This document shows positions 1 through 11,971 of a DNA stretch of 49,876 nt, piece by piece. Made by a program: the position numbers and the translations under genes. How positions within the stretch are numbered: the stretch's first letter is position 1; every line of letters starts with the position of its first letter. Location: contig NC_068987.1 of NCBI RefSeq assembly GCF_001194135.2, forward strand, positions 67,791,815 through 67,841,690, given 5' to 3'. Source of the DNA: Octopus bimaculoides. Lineage: Eukaryota. Under the pieces are notes generated by a model. It was not told the DNA's origin. It did not search any database and saw only the letters and a list, made by a program, of their open reading frames with translations.

Positions 1-126
1 TATATATATATACATATATACTCAAACATATATATAAGTATGTATATACGAATACATATACAAACACATACATATACACGAGTGCACGCAAACTTACCTA
101 GATACAGACAGACAGCTAGATATATT

Positions 127-163
<37 letters not shown>

Positions 164-962
164 ACTAACAGATATGCAAATTAAGAGACAAATAGACAGA
201 AAGACAGTGATGGATAATTAGAGAGTTAGATAGATAGACAGATAGATAGATCGATAAAGAGGGAGAGAGAGAGAGAAAAAGAGAGAAAGAGAGACGGGGA
301 GAGTTCTGTACAAACAGTCTTAGTAAGAGATGTGCAGTCACGCAATACACATGCTAACACAAACAAGAATGCGCACACATACACTAAACACACACACGTG
401 TGTTTGTATTTAAATTTACATACATGCGTGAGTATATATTTATGTATGTATAAATGTATATAAAGAGAGAGCGAGAAAGAAAGACAGAAAGGGAAAACGA
501 AAGAAAGGGAGAAAGAAGTTATAGAAACAAAGGATTGTTTTCATTTGTTTTTTGTAAAAAGGTGAAAAATAAATAGAAAAACAGACGAAATGTTTGTGAA
601 ATGTGTATGGATGGTGGTGACAGAGAACGGAAAACTGATGACGTAGATGGAGGATGGTGTCGAGGCAGAGGCAATAATTTTGAAGCAAAACCATTTCCCT
701 GGAAACCATTATTACAGACATTTCTGACAAAGACTAATTGAACTATCGAAATATCGTTGGAGGGAGATACTCAGTATTTTTTTTTTCGTTGTTTCCTTTT
801 TATTTATTTGTTGGTATTGTCAGCAGTTAGTGGTTGGATCGTTGCTAGAGCAAAGCTGAAGAGAATGGAACAGAGCATGGAACAACACAAAGAATAGATA
901 GGAAAGCAGTGACAGTGAAGTAGAGTGAGTGAGATAGAGAGGTGGGGTGAGAGAGGGGAGAC

Positions 963-993
<31 letters not shown>

Positions 994-1189
994 AATAAAG
1001 AGAGAGAGGCAGACAGAACGGTGGAACAAGAGGTTTGGGAGGAAATAGTCGGAACACAAAGACAAAAACGGCACAGAATTGACAAACACCACCGCGACGG
1101 TGATAGCTTCAATGACAGTTATTATTATTATTATTACTGTTTTTGGTGCTGTTGTTGTTGGTCATAGCATCATCATCACCATCATCATC

Positions 1190-1240
<51 letters not shown>
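1..1240. repeat. Compound microsatellite/low-complexity region: (TA)n, (TAGA)n, (GA)n, (TTA)n, (CAT)n
   Basis: Directly visible; the ORFs reported here are low-complexity translations. Confidence 0.95.
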
Positions 1241-1243
<3 letters not shown>

Positions 1244-1565
1244 TAGTTTTATTTTTATAACGTGCTTTCACTTCACTACCGAGCGCAGCTCTGTGCGCCT
1301 TGGGTATGTGCTGTGGTTTGCTGTGGTGCTCTTATGTTTACTGTATTGAAAGTGTTTTGCGTAGGATGTGTGCAGTACCCAGTAGTGCAATTTTCTGTAT
1401 GTTATATATATTTGTAAGTCCTGCTATTTTTGTTATGTATTTGTCTGAATATTTTTTTATTATACCTAAGGCACCTACTATGATAGGAATTGTTTCTGTT
1501 TTTAGATTCCACATTCGAGTTATCTCTATTTCCAGGTCTTTGTATTTTGAAAGTTTTTCCATTTC

Positions 1566-1568
<3 letters not shown>
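1241..1568 (-). mobile_element. 5'-truncated R4/Dong-clade non-LTR retrotransposon (RLE C-terminus + 3' UTR) embedded in (TAA)n
   Basis: Minus ORF KEMEKLSKYKDLEIEITRMWNLKTETIPIIVGALG...QKIALLGTAHILRKTLSIQ* has the K..KY..L and P.IVGALG motifs of RLE C-termini; (TAA)n on both sides; near-identical to 40822-41102. Confidence 0.88.
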
Positions 1569-1643
<75 letters not shown>

Positions 1644-1645
<2 letters not shown>

Positions 1646-1860
1646 GGCAGATAACTGGCAGAATCGTGAGCACGCCAGGCTCTAATACTTGGCAGTATGT
1701 CGTCCATCTTTACGTTCTGAGTTCAAATACCGCTGAGGTCGACCTTGCCTTTCATCATTTCGGAGTCAATAAATTAAGTACCTGTGAAATACTGGGGTCG
1801 ATATAGTCCTCTTGTTCCATCCCCTCAAATGTCAGGCCTTGTGCCTTTAGTAGAAAGGAT
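1644..1860 (+). mobile_element. tRNA-derived SINE, (TTA)n-flanked family
   Basis: Head AAGGCAGATAACTGGCAGAATCGTGAGCAC, B-box-like GAGTTCAAAT, tail GGCCTTGTGCCTTTAGTAGAAAGGAT-(TTR)n; more than 10 homologues in the window. Confidence 0.85.
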
Positions 1861-1895
1861 TATTGTTATTGTTGTTGTTGTTGGCGTTGTTGTTG

Positions 1896-1959
<64 letters not shown>

Positions 1960-1993
1960 CATTATCATCTTCATCATCATCATTATCATTACT

Positions 1994-2195
1994 CAGTAGT
2001 CATATTTTCACTGCACTACCGAGCACAACACTATGTGCCTTAGGTGTGTGGCGTGTTTTATTGTAGTGCTCTTATTATCACTGTATTCAAAGGGCTGTAC
2101 GTTGAATGTGAACGGTGCCTAGTAGTGCTATTTTCAGTATGTTATATACATTCGTAGGTCCTGATGTTCTGGTTATGTATTTGTCTGAATGTTTT
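1994..2195 (-). mobile_element. Older 3' fragment of the same Dong-like family
   Basis: Sense strand reads SDKYITRTSGPTNVYNILKIALLGTVHIQ plus a 3' UTR homologous to 1241-1340; flanked by TAA/CAA tracts. Confidence 0.8.
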
Positions 2196-2297
2196 GTTTT
2201 AATGTTTTATTATAACTATTGATAAAACAAATCATTGTTATTATTATTATTATCATTATTATTGTTGTTGTTGTTGTTGTTGTTATTATTATTATTT

Positions 2298-2574
2298 TCG
2301 ATATCATCTTTAAATTCTGTTTCCATTTCTTGCCGGGCAGAGAATGAGCACATGGAATTGTCCATTCACAAAGTCATGTGATAGAGAAAAAGGGGAAGAA
2401 TGACAGAGAGAAAACATTAAAAAAAGTAAAGAAGTAATCAAAGAAGATAAACTGGAAAAAAGGGTGAGAAAATTCACAGTGACAATGATCTTCTCAATAC
2501 GTATGACATACCAGTTAAGACAATCTTTTGTACATCCTGTATGGATGGTAAACCAGGGATCATTCTTATATAAT
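2298..2574 (-). mobile_element. 3' end of a second R4-like RLE family
   Basis: DYIRMIPGLPSIQDVQKIVLTGMSYVLRRSLSL* parallels the IQKIALLGTAHILRK terminus; different 3' UTR; (GAA)n at its 5' side and (TAA/CAA)n at its 3' side. Confidence 0.65.
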
Positions 2575-2621
2575 CTTCTTCTTCTTCTTCTTCTTCTTCT
2601 TCTTCTTCTTCTTCTTCTTCT

Positions 2622-2668
<47 letters not shown>

Positions 2669-2680
2669 TTCTTCTTCTTC
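2575..2680. repeat. (CTT)n/(GAA)n microsatellite, about 35 units
   Basis: Directly visible, one interruption. Confidence 0.97.
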
Positions 2681-4450
2681 TCTGGTTTTGTTGGAGCTCC
2701 TGGAGTCTTGCATGCGCAGCGGGCTTACTACCTGCAGCCTACGGTACCATGCTATTCGTTCTTTTCAGCTATCTAATACTTTCCGGATTATTCTGGCTGT
2801 GCCAAGGAGGCAAACCTTTTGTAACAGTTCTACTCGGCACTTTATTCCAATTTCCTTTATATTCCTCTTGATGCCTTCTGATACTGTTCCCAAGGACACA
2901 ACAATAGTTGGCACTATCTTCACCTTCTTCATTTTCTATTGCAGAGCTATTTCGTATTTAAGGAGGTTGTATCTATCTATGTTTTCGTCTTCCTTCTTGA
3001 CTATTCGTGGGTTATAGGGGCATGTAACATCAACTATATAGCATATGTGGTGCACCTTGTCCACCACCACTAGGTCTGGTCGGTTATGCTCTAGCAACTG
3101 ATCTGTTTGGATTGGGAAATCCCAGAGGATTTTGCTAGTCTCCGACTCCGCCACTCTTTGCGGTCTGTGCTCATACCACGCCTTGTCTCTCTTTAGCCCC
3201 AACTTTTCACACAGTTTCCAGCGTAGCACTTTCACTACCTGGTCGTGTCGCCATAACTTGTAGTGCTTTTGGGCAACTCTAGGGAATTCGTTCGTGATAC
3301 GGGCATTGGTTTCATCCACTCTATTGCAGATGCAACACAGTAGAGACACTTGCTCATTTCTCGGGTTGACACTCCAGTTCATGGCCAAAGCTTGGTCCTG
3401 CGCTGCCAATATAATGCTCTCGGTCTCTTTTTAGGGTTCCTTTCATCAGCCATACCCACCTATTTTTTCCAGCAACTTCTGTTGGAGTTACGTGGAATTG
3501 ATTGTGTAGTCCCTTCTTGTGTAATTCTTCTTCATGTCCTTTTTGTACTTCTTTCTTTGCTTTTCCTTTCTTATCTGCTTTCAATATTCCCTCATTCCTA
3601 ACTGTCACTAGCAAGTTTTCCTTACTTTGGGATAGGTATCTCATTAAGCTCCCGATTTCGATATGCACGCAGTCTTCTACACTTGTCAGTCTCTCTCCTC
3701 CATTTGCTCTCTTCATATATAGACTATCAGTGTCTGTACGTGGATAATGGGCTCCATGCATCGTTAGGAGCTTTCTTCACTTGCTGTCCATCTCCTTTAG
3801 CTCCTCCTCTGTCCACTTCAGGATTCCAGCGCCATACCCAACTACTGTGACTGCGCGCGAGTTTATTGCCGAAATTATGTTTCTGGCATTCAGCTTTGAA
3901 ATCAATATTTTTCTTACTCGCCGCAGGTACCCTCTCTTTGTTTTTTCCTTCATATTGTGGTGTTTGATTCCATGTCGACCATGAATAGCAAGTGGTTAAT
4001 TTTCCTTTGCCTCTTCCCAGATCATACCCCAACTTTGTTTTCTGTAGTGTTTCACTCATAGGTATCAGGTCCCAGCACAAATATGAATGTGGACACACTG
4101 TCCCCTGGGAAGATTCCTCTCTTGATTTTCACCTCTCATGGTTTTTGCTTCCCTGCTCTCAACTTCTTCTTCCAGCATTTCATGCTATTTCGTATAAGGC
4201 CTCTCATATTCTCTGCTACTCCATACATTTCCATTGTTATTATCATCCAGGAGTGTGGTATTATATCGTACGCTTTGTGATAGTCAACTCATGCTCAGGT
4301 TTGTATGTCTTCTCATGCAGTTCCTGATAATTAGATTATCAATTAAGAGCTGATCCTTCGTTCCCCAGATCCTTTTCTGCCACCCTTTCTGTTCAATGGG
4401 TAGCAGCCCACGTTTTTACAAGTGTCTGTGCAGCATGTTTTTCTCTGGCG
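2681..4450 (-). pseudogene. Degraded R4/Dong-clade RT-RLE ORF of a 5'-truncated non-LTR retrotransposon (third family)
   Basis: In several frames: [30 protein letters not shown] (YADD equivalent), YMKRANGG..L.SVED, MAAQDQAL, decayed CCHC finger (CCIC..DET), RHDQV, WDFPIQTD..NRPDLVVVDK (PD-D/ExK), VPTIVVSLG, LQKVCLLGTARIIRKVLDS* with stop at about 2765. Many stops and frameshifts. Confidence 0.92.
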
Positions 4451-5136
4451 GGATATAATACGTTAGTTTATCATGATTTACAATACTATATCAAATGGGT
4501 TATTTTTGCTTATACATTTACCTACGTTATGTATTCTTTTATTATTTTATTACTTTATAGTTTTGTACCTTGTATTGCCATTTATTTAGGTTAATTACCG
4601 TAACTTAATATGATACACCATTAATGCTTACCCATATTTACTATCCATCTTTAATTTCCTACCATCTAAATGTTTATTTACGTAATTATTCGAACAAGAA
4701 AATTTACTCTCTACACAAATCCATTGGATTCTCTCCTTTTCTCCTTCCACTTACAATAAAAATTTTTAGTACCATTATTATTAATTTTAAGAATTTTCTG
4801 CGGTTCGTTATGTCTTGTTTTAATTTAAACTCTTAGCATAGCGTTCATAGCCTCTCTCCCAAAACAGCTCCCTGTAAACTAGCGTTTTTGTTTCTAACTG
4901 TCATTTAACTTAGCTATATAGTGTTATTCTTCGTACATAATCTTAGCATTCAGCACAAGTCTTGCATTTGTAAAATGGTTCCCTGATCATAAAATTATAT
5001 GTATAAACCAGCATCTCTTACTTATTTGGAGTAGAGTGCATATAATTTTTGAAACATGTGTAGGAATTAAAGGAACTTATTGATCATATGCGTTTTGCTC
5101 CATTTATTATTATTCTTCATATATATATATATATAT

Positions 5137-5377
5137 TACGGAGATGTACTTGCATAGCAAGTGACCTGATCTGAGATTGTGTGCTGGAACGAAAACAATT
5201 GCAGCGTGGAAGGTGTTTATAAGCCATTTAAAATAACACAAAATCCGTTAGATTCACTTCAACATTTAAATTTAATTTGTCAAAATATTTTCGTCGCTTT
5301 GAGACCGCGACCTGTTCACTGACAAAATTCTGTGCTGCATCAGTACAGAATTTTGTCAGTGAACAGGTCGCGGTCTC
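5137..5377. mobile_element. Left arm and centre of a palindromic MITE next to (TA)n; right arm probably in the gap
   Basis: Perfect 33-bp inverted repeat 5301-5333/5345-5377 with an 11-nt loop, running into the N-gap 5378-5561. Confidence 0.6.
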
Positions 5378-5634
5378 NNNNNNNNNNNNNNNNNNNNNNN
5401 NNNNNNNNNNNNNNNNNNNNNNNNNNNNNNNNNNNNNNNNNNNNNNNNNNNNNNNNNNNNNNNNNNNNNNNNNNNNNNNNNNNNNNNNNNNNNNNNNNNN
5501 NNNNNNNNNNNNNNNNNNNNNNNNNNNNNNNNNNNNNNNNNNNNNNNNNNNNNNNNNNNNNATATAAACTTACTTGGAAATGAATGCGTGGCGTTCAATT
5601 AAATAGTAACATAAATAATATATATGTATATTAA

Positions 5635-5952
5635 GAGCAATCCGTCGATTACCATGACGAGGGTCCCTGCTGATACGATCAACGGAACAGCTTGCTCGTG
5701 AAATTAGAGTGCAAATGGCACTGCATTCCACAGGCACATGTTCCTTAACGTAGTTCTCAGGAAGATTCAGCGTGACACAGTGTGTAACAAGACTGGCCCT
5801 TTGAAATACAGGTACTACTCATTTTTGCTAGCTGAGTGGACTGTAGCAACATGAAATAAAGTGTCTTGCTCAAGGACACAACGCGTCGAGGGGAATAGAA
5901 CTCACAACCTTACGATCGCGAGCCGAATACTCTAACCACTAAGCCACACGCC

Positions 5953-5958
<6 letters not shown>
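5635..5958 (-). mobile_element. tRNA-derived SINE, head H2 + tail T1
   Basis: Sense GGCGTGTGGCTTAGTGGTTAGAG (A box), GAGTTCTATTCC (B box), body GCGTTGTGTCCTTGAGCAAGACAC; tail homologous to 16600-16780. Confidence 0.85.
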
Positions 5959-5997
<39 letters not shown>

Positions 5998-6150
5998 GGG
6001 TATATATATTTTTTTTCCAACGTTCACTATTTTCCTCTCGGTCTGGTCTCATGACCCTCCATGTTTCATTTCGTTCGGTTTCCTTGTATGTCTCCACTGT
6101 CCTGGTTTTGTTCCCATCTTTGACCCTCAGTAAATCCAAAATTCATTAAA

Positions 6151-7110
6151 ATGACACATCTATCGGACTTTCAATGAGTTCAAATTGTTGGTGCTCGTAT
6201 GGTAGGCACTAGCGTAACGAAAACAGCCGAAATGTTTGGTGTATCAAGAAGTGCTGTCTCGAAAGTAATGACAGCCTTTGACAAAGAGGGAAAAACCTCT
6301 TCGTCGAAACAAAACTCCGGAAGAAACTAAAACTTTCAGATAGCGACCGTCGGACTCTTACGCGAATCGTTAGAAAGGATCTCAAAAGTACAGCTCCCAA
6401 AATTACTGCAGAGCTTAATGACCATGTCGAGAACCCAGTTTCTATAAAAACTGTTCGCCGGGAGCTGCACAAAGCCGGATTTCATGTGACAGCTACAATA
6501 AGAAAACCACTACTTACAAAAACAAACGTAGCAAACGTAGTAAAAACCTACAGAATTGGTCCCTAGAGCAGTGGAAGAATGTTATGTTTTCGGACGAGTC
6601 ATCCTTTACCTTCTTTCCAACCACAGGCCTAGTATGCGTGGGGAGACAGCCAAAAGGAGCATTTGACACACGCTACCTTCTTCCAACTGTTAAACATGGA
6701 GGAGGATCTGTGATGATTTGGTGGCGGGGGCTATATCTTGGAAATCTACTTGCCCAATGGTTTTTTTCATGGCAAAATTAATAGTCAAGACTATTTAAGC
6801 ATTTTCTCTGATTAAATTCATCCAATGGGTGCGGAACTGTATCCGGAGGGAAACGGAATCTTTCAGGATGATAACGAATCAATTCACACTGAATGGCACG
6901 AGGAGCATTCCAGTGAAGTTGAACATCTTATCTGACCACCACAATCCCCAGATCTCAGTATTATTGAACATTAGAAAAACAAGTAAGGAGTCGATATCCT
7001 CCACCATAACCACTACAAGAACTGGAGACTATTTTAGCTGAAGAATGGATAAAAATTCCTCTTTGGAAACAATTCAAACTTTGTACGAGTCCATATCTCG
7101 TAGAATTCAA
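6151..7110 (+). pseudogene. Tc1-like (Tc1/mariner) transposase pseudogene
   Basis: MTHLSDFQ*VQIVGARM..AEMFGVSRSAVSKV (HTH), IRKPLL, WKNVMFSDES, TVKHGGGSVMIW, FQDDN, *PPQSPDLSIIE; stops and frameshifts; 3' end lost in a gap so TIRs could not be defined. Confidence 0.92.
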
Positions 7111-7391
7111 NNNNNNNNNNNNNNNNNNNNNNNNNNNNNNNNNNNNNNNNNNNNNNNNNNNNNNNNNNNNNNNNNNNNNNNNNNNNNNNNNNNNNNNNNN
7201 NNNNNNNNNNNNNNNNNNNNNNNNNNNNNNNNNNNNNNNNNNNNNNNNNNNNNNNNNNNNNNNNNNNNNNNNNNNNNNNNNNNNNNNNNNNNNNNNNNNN
7301 NNNNNNNNNNNNNNNNNNNNNNNNNNNNNNNNNNNNNNNNNNNNNNNNNNNNNNNNNNNNNNNNNNNNNNNNNNNNNNNNNNNNNNNNNNN

Positions 7392-7427
<36 letters not shown>

Positions 7428-7885
7428 CAGACAAATCGGGTGAGAGTGAGAAAGCAATGTATAATTTAACTGTAGATCGTTTGAACCTTGGGCAGATCGA
7501 TGCTAACCTGACTGAGAAGCCTACATAATAGAAGTTCTTCCAGGTATATAGCGATATAGCTAAAGTATATTAGCCTGTATATATAGGTACATGTGTATGC
7601 ATATAAGCGCATTTGACTACTTACGTGTATGCCATGTGAATTTGTGTGTCAATTTATATGTGGCTGACAGATGCAAGACTGTTGAACAAAGAATTAGAAT
7701 AAGGGAACACGGGGACAAGGTGAAGTGAGGAAGAGTATTAGAGTGGCATGAGAGAGAATGTATGAAGAAATGGGAGGAATAATGTGACATTGAAATCAAG
7801 AGACATTGACAAGGAGAGAGAGAGAGGAGAGAGAGAGAGAGGAGAGAGAGAGAGGAGAGAGAGAGGAGTGACAGAGAAGAGAGAG

Positions 7886-7980
7886 AATGAGAGAAAGAGA
7901 GAAACAAATGAGAGAAAGAGAGAAACAAATGAGAGAAAGAGGGAAACAAATGAGAGAAAGAGAGAAACAAATGAGAGAGA
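7886..7980. repeat. 21-bp minisatellite AAATGAGAGAAAGAGAGAAAC, about 4 copies
   Basis: Directly visible within a GA-rich tract. Confidence 0.85.
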
Positions 7981-8154
7981 GAGAGAGGTTAAAGGGGGGG
8001 TGAAAATGGAAAGACAATACCATTGATGTGTCCATTGAGTCTCATCTGAACTAAGAGAGTGAGATACAGAGAGGAAGAAAAATAGATTGTATGAAAGAGA
8101 GTATGAGAATGAAAGAAAGGAAATGGGATAAAGAAGGAGACATTAAAGAGAAAT

Positions 8155-8193
<39 letters not shown>

Positions 8194-8536
8194 CACAAAG
8201 AGTGGGGAATGAAAGTGAGTAGAAACGAAAGACAAAGGAATTTATATATCATTGATTTGTCCATTGAGCCTCATCTGGTCATCATCTTAAGTCACCATTC
8301 TGCTGATTATGGAAACCAACGCAAAGCTAGCTACTCGGGTTTCTAAGCTGCGATTATGTAGCATGCTATACACGCGCACTTCTAAAGAAGACTTTAATCT
8401 AATTCTATCCATTGGGTAACGAAGTGGTTATCCAGTCTCTGGTTTAAGAGCAGCGCTGTTACCGCTCATTCTTACTAATCATTTGGCAGCCAGCAGCATC
8501 ACAATACCTTTACAAATGCACATGTTACAGAGGAAC

Positions 8537-8597
<61 letters not shown>

Positions 8598-8999
8598 TGT
8601 TTGTGTGTGCGTGCGTGTCTATGTTGTGTAAATGAGTTAGTAAACGAGTGTGTGTGTGGGTGAGTTAGTGAGTGGTTGTATATGCACAGATGTATGCTAT
8701 CGTCGATGTTGTGTTTGTGATTGAACGGATGTGTGTGTGTGTGTAAAATTAAATCTTGTAGTATCACTAAGTGCATCCGTCAATGTGGTCCATGTTTGTT
8801 TGTATGTATGTGCATAAAAGTTTCCGTCCGTGTTAGCGTCTATGTTTGTGTATGTGTGTGTGTGTGTTTTGTGCGTTTATGTATGTTTATGAGTATGCAT
8901 GTGCATGTGTGTTTGTGTAGGCACACACATGTAAGAAACTTGAACCAATGATTGATTGCAAGTTCGTATGTTTCCGTGCGATAGAAAAGTATAACGATA

Positions 9000-9058
<59 letters not shown>

Positions 9059-9251
9059 ACAAACCCACACATGCATACGTACATGTATGCATGCGTGTAT
9101 ACATACATGCATACATAAACTCACAGCATATTTAAGGAGACACATGCAAGTGGCCGTGTGCCATATGCATAAATGTATGTATAATGTATCGTATAAAGGT
9201 ATGCGCGTGTAAGAACGTTGTATGAGAATGTTCATGCACGTACATCTCTCT

Positions 9252-9293
<42 letters not shown>

Positions 9294-9324
9294 GTCTATC
9301 TATCCATACACACACACACACACG

Positions 9325-9364
<40 letters not shown>

Positions 9365-10543
9365 CACATACATATGTATGTGTGCGTGTTTGAGTGTGTG
9401 AGAGTATCTGTAAGCACCTCCTTATTTACAGAACTGCGTGGAATATTTCTAGGGTGAAGTTGGAATAATTGAATGTATTTGCTTCAGTTTTACATCATTT
9501 TGCATTATTTTGCATTAGATTTGCTAGATTTCATGGAACCTGTATTGTTTCCCACTAACTTCTGTCACATTCACTGTCTCTCACAATTATTTCTCTCCTA
9601 CCACAAATCTTTTCTAGTTAAATACATCGCCGTCATATAGTTGGTTGCTTTTGTCGGTATTTCCTTCTTACTAAACATCTCACTCTATCTCTGTCTGTTA
9701 GTCTGCCTGTATGTCTGTCTCTGTGTTCCGCCTTGTTTAACTCTCTCACTCTCTTCAGCTGTTTGTGCCTTTGTCACTCTCCCAATCTCTTTATGTTTTT
9801 CGCACTCTCTCCCTCTCTCTCCATGTCCCCCTCTCTCTCCCTTTCACTATCTACATACATACATAAAAACACTCGCATAAATACACACGCATATCATGTA
9901 CTTATTCAAATATACGTAGATACACAGACAGTGTAAAACAACGTTATATTGTCCGTTCATTTTCTACAGGCTTGTGTATTGATGGACATATATATTTTAA
10001 AGTAATTTCTAGTCTGTACGTACTTACAGATGACCATCTATCTATTTATCTCTGTAAAATATGTTTTTCCTATCTTTATATGCTTGAGGCTCATTGGAAC
10101 CCGTAGGAAAGTCATTCACTCTACTTCGTCAATCAGAAAATATATCGCTGTTGACAAATAGATATGAATACAACCAAGTCAGTTCACAACACTCCTTAAC
10201 CACCCACTTGGATGCATGTATTTCGGCGTGGTTATCTTCTCGTCAGGAACAGAAACCAAAAAAAGCAGATGCGATGAACTGACAGGAGAGACGGGTCACT
10301 CTTATGAAATTCCCGTCATCTTTCAATGAATAGCTGTGCTATTTAGCGGCTCACTGCAAACAAAATACCAGTTGACAGCGCAAGTTGTATAAATACAAAC
10401 TTGTTCCCAGCTCAAATAACCTTGAGGGTTATTTGAACTTGTAAGAATTCTATTCACTATATTTTATCATGGAAAAGATTTGAGGCAGTAGACAAATTAG
10501 TGTAAATCTATGTATGTATGTTATTGCTATCTATGTATCATAA

Positions 10544-10764
10544 TTAACGTATATATTCTGTCGATAGGCCGACAGCTGTAGTAATATTTGATCTGATACA
10601 ACGTCTCTTATGGACGTGTTGTATTAACCACACACTAAATATCAGAGAAAAAGGAATATTCGTCCCAGATGCGACAACGGAAAGGACAGATGTGTTTCCT
10701 GGGCCAGTCCAATGGCGCAGGCACACAAAAGAATTTGTCGACAGATATAGAAAAATGACAAAGC
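10544..10764 (-). CDS. Candidate coding exon with hydrophobic segments (unassigned)
   Basis: Acceptor tattctcttag| then FVIFLYLSTNSFVCLRHWTGPGNTSVLSVVASGTNIPFSLIFSVWLIQHVHKRR..EYIR*. A plus frame is also open over the same DNA, so the strand is unresolved. Confidence 0.2.
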
Positions 10765-10937
10765 CTAAGAGAATATTATTTCAGGATATATACTGCAGTA
10801 ACTGGACTTTCGACATGTATACATTAAATATGATTAATTTGATTAAATACTGCCTTAGTTGCTTATACTGGAGATTTAATCGGTCGAGCAGCTATTCGCA
10901 AGATCTGTGAATGTTTTATTCTATTTTTCTATGTCAG

Positions 10938-11043
10938 AGAGGATGAATTCTTGCCCGAGCATGTGACTGACAGCGAGTATGTCCCATTGAAGAGGTCACA
11001 AGAGACCGAAATGTATCAAATGTTTTCTCTCACCGGTGCTCGG
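10938..11043 (+). CDS. Candidate internal exon (unassigned)
   Basis: tttttctatgtcag|A-EDEFLPEHVTDSEYVPLKRSQETEMYQMFSLTGAR|gtgaat; 106 nt, phase 2 to 0, non-repetitive sequence. Confidence 0.3.
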
Positions 11044-11107
11044 GTGAATTAACTTCCCTCTCTCACTCTCTTACTCTTTATTTCTCTTTCATTCTCTCTT
11101 TCACTTA

Positions 11108-11156
<49 letters not shown>

Positions 11157-11353
11157 CTCTCTCACCGTGGAATTTATTGTATTTCGAACACAGCAAGTTC
11201 ATAAGATAAAATCACTGTAGTAAACCTAGTTGTATTGCCTTCCTGTACATTGGTTCATCCTTTGTAGAAGAGAAAGATCTTAAATCTGGTTTGTATTAAG
11301 TATGATACATAGATGCCATTTCAATTGAATTCTGCCTGAGTTGCATATACTGG

Positions 11354-11436
<83 letters not shown>

Positions 11437-11444
11437 TGTATGTA

Positions 11445-11864
11445 TTTTAAGTATATAATTATACGAATATAGTTATAACTAAGGGCTCTGGAGTGCCAAC
11501 GCCTATATGTTAGAAGCAGATGTCAAATTTCTACAAGCCACTTTAAATTTGTTTATTGTATTGCAATATAATGCCGACTTGCGAGGCAATGGGCAAGAAG
11601 GTGTATATGTATTTTTCGCTTATATATTGTCGGTGTATCTCTACTGAAGGAGTGTAAAGTAATTTGTATTACAAAACATGAAATATTAAGATAGAGGGTT
11701 ATCGGAAATCTTACCCCTTCTTTCGCATTCGGCTTTGTGGTATAATAAAATAGAGAACAAATTTAAAGTCGCTTATAGGCATTTGACATTTACTTCTAGC
11801 GTATAGGCGTTGGCACTACAGATCCCTTATTTATAATTATATTCTTACAACTATATACTTAAAA
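11445..11864. mobile_element. MITE with about 109-bp terminal inverted repeats
   Basis: 11445-11553 matches the reverse complement of 11756-11864 at roughly 85% by eye (shared core AGTGCCAACGCCTATA). Confidence 0.8.
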
Positions 11865-11919
11865 ATTAATTATGGTCGGAAGTAAAAAGATTTGAATAAC
11901 ACCTGCGCTTGATTCCATT

Positions 11920-11971
<52 letters not shown>

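Noticed and set aside
6860-6970. Apparent D31E spacing as a new Tc1 subfamily
   Set aside because: The copy is decayed; a short deletion after the IHT motif is the simpler explanation.
10410-10440. 10-bp hairpin TCAAATAACC/GGTTATTTGA
   Set aside because: Short and AT-rich, so within chance expectation for 50 kb.
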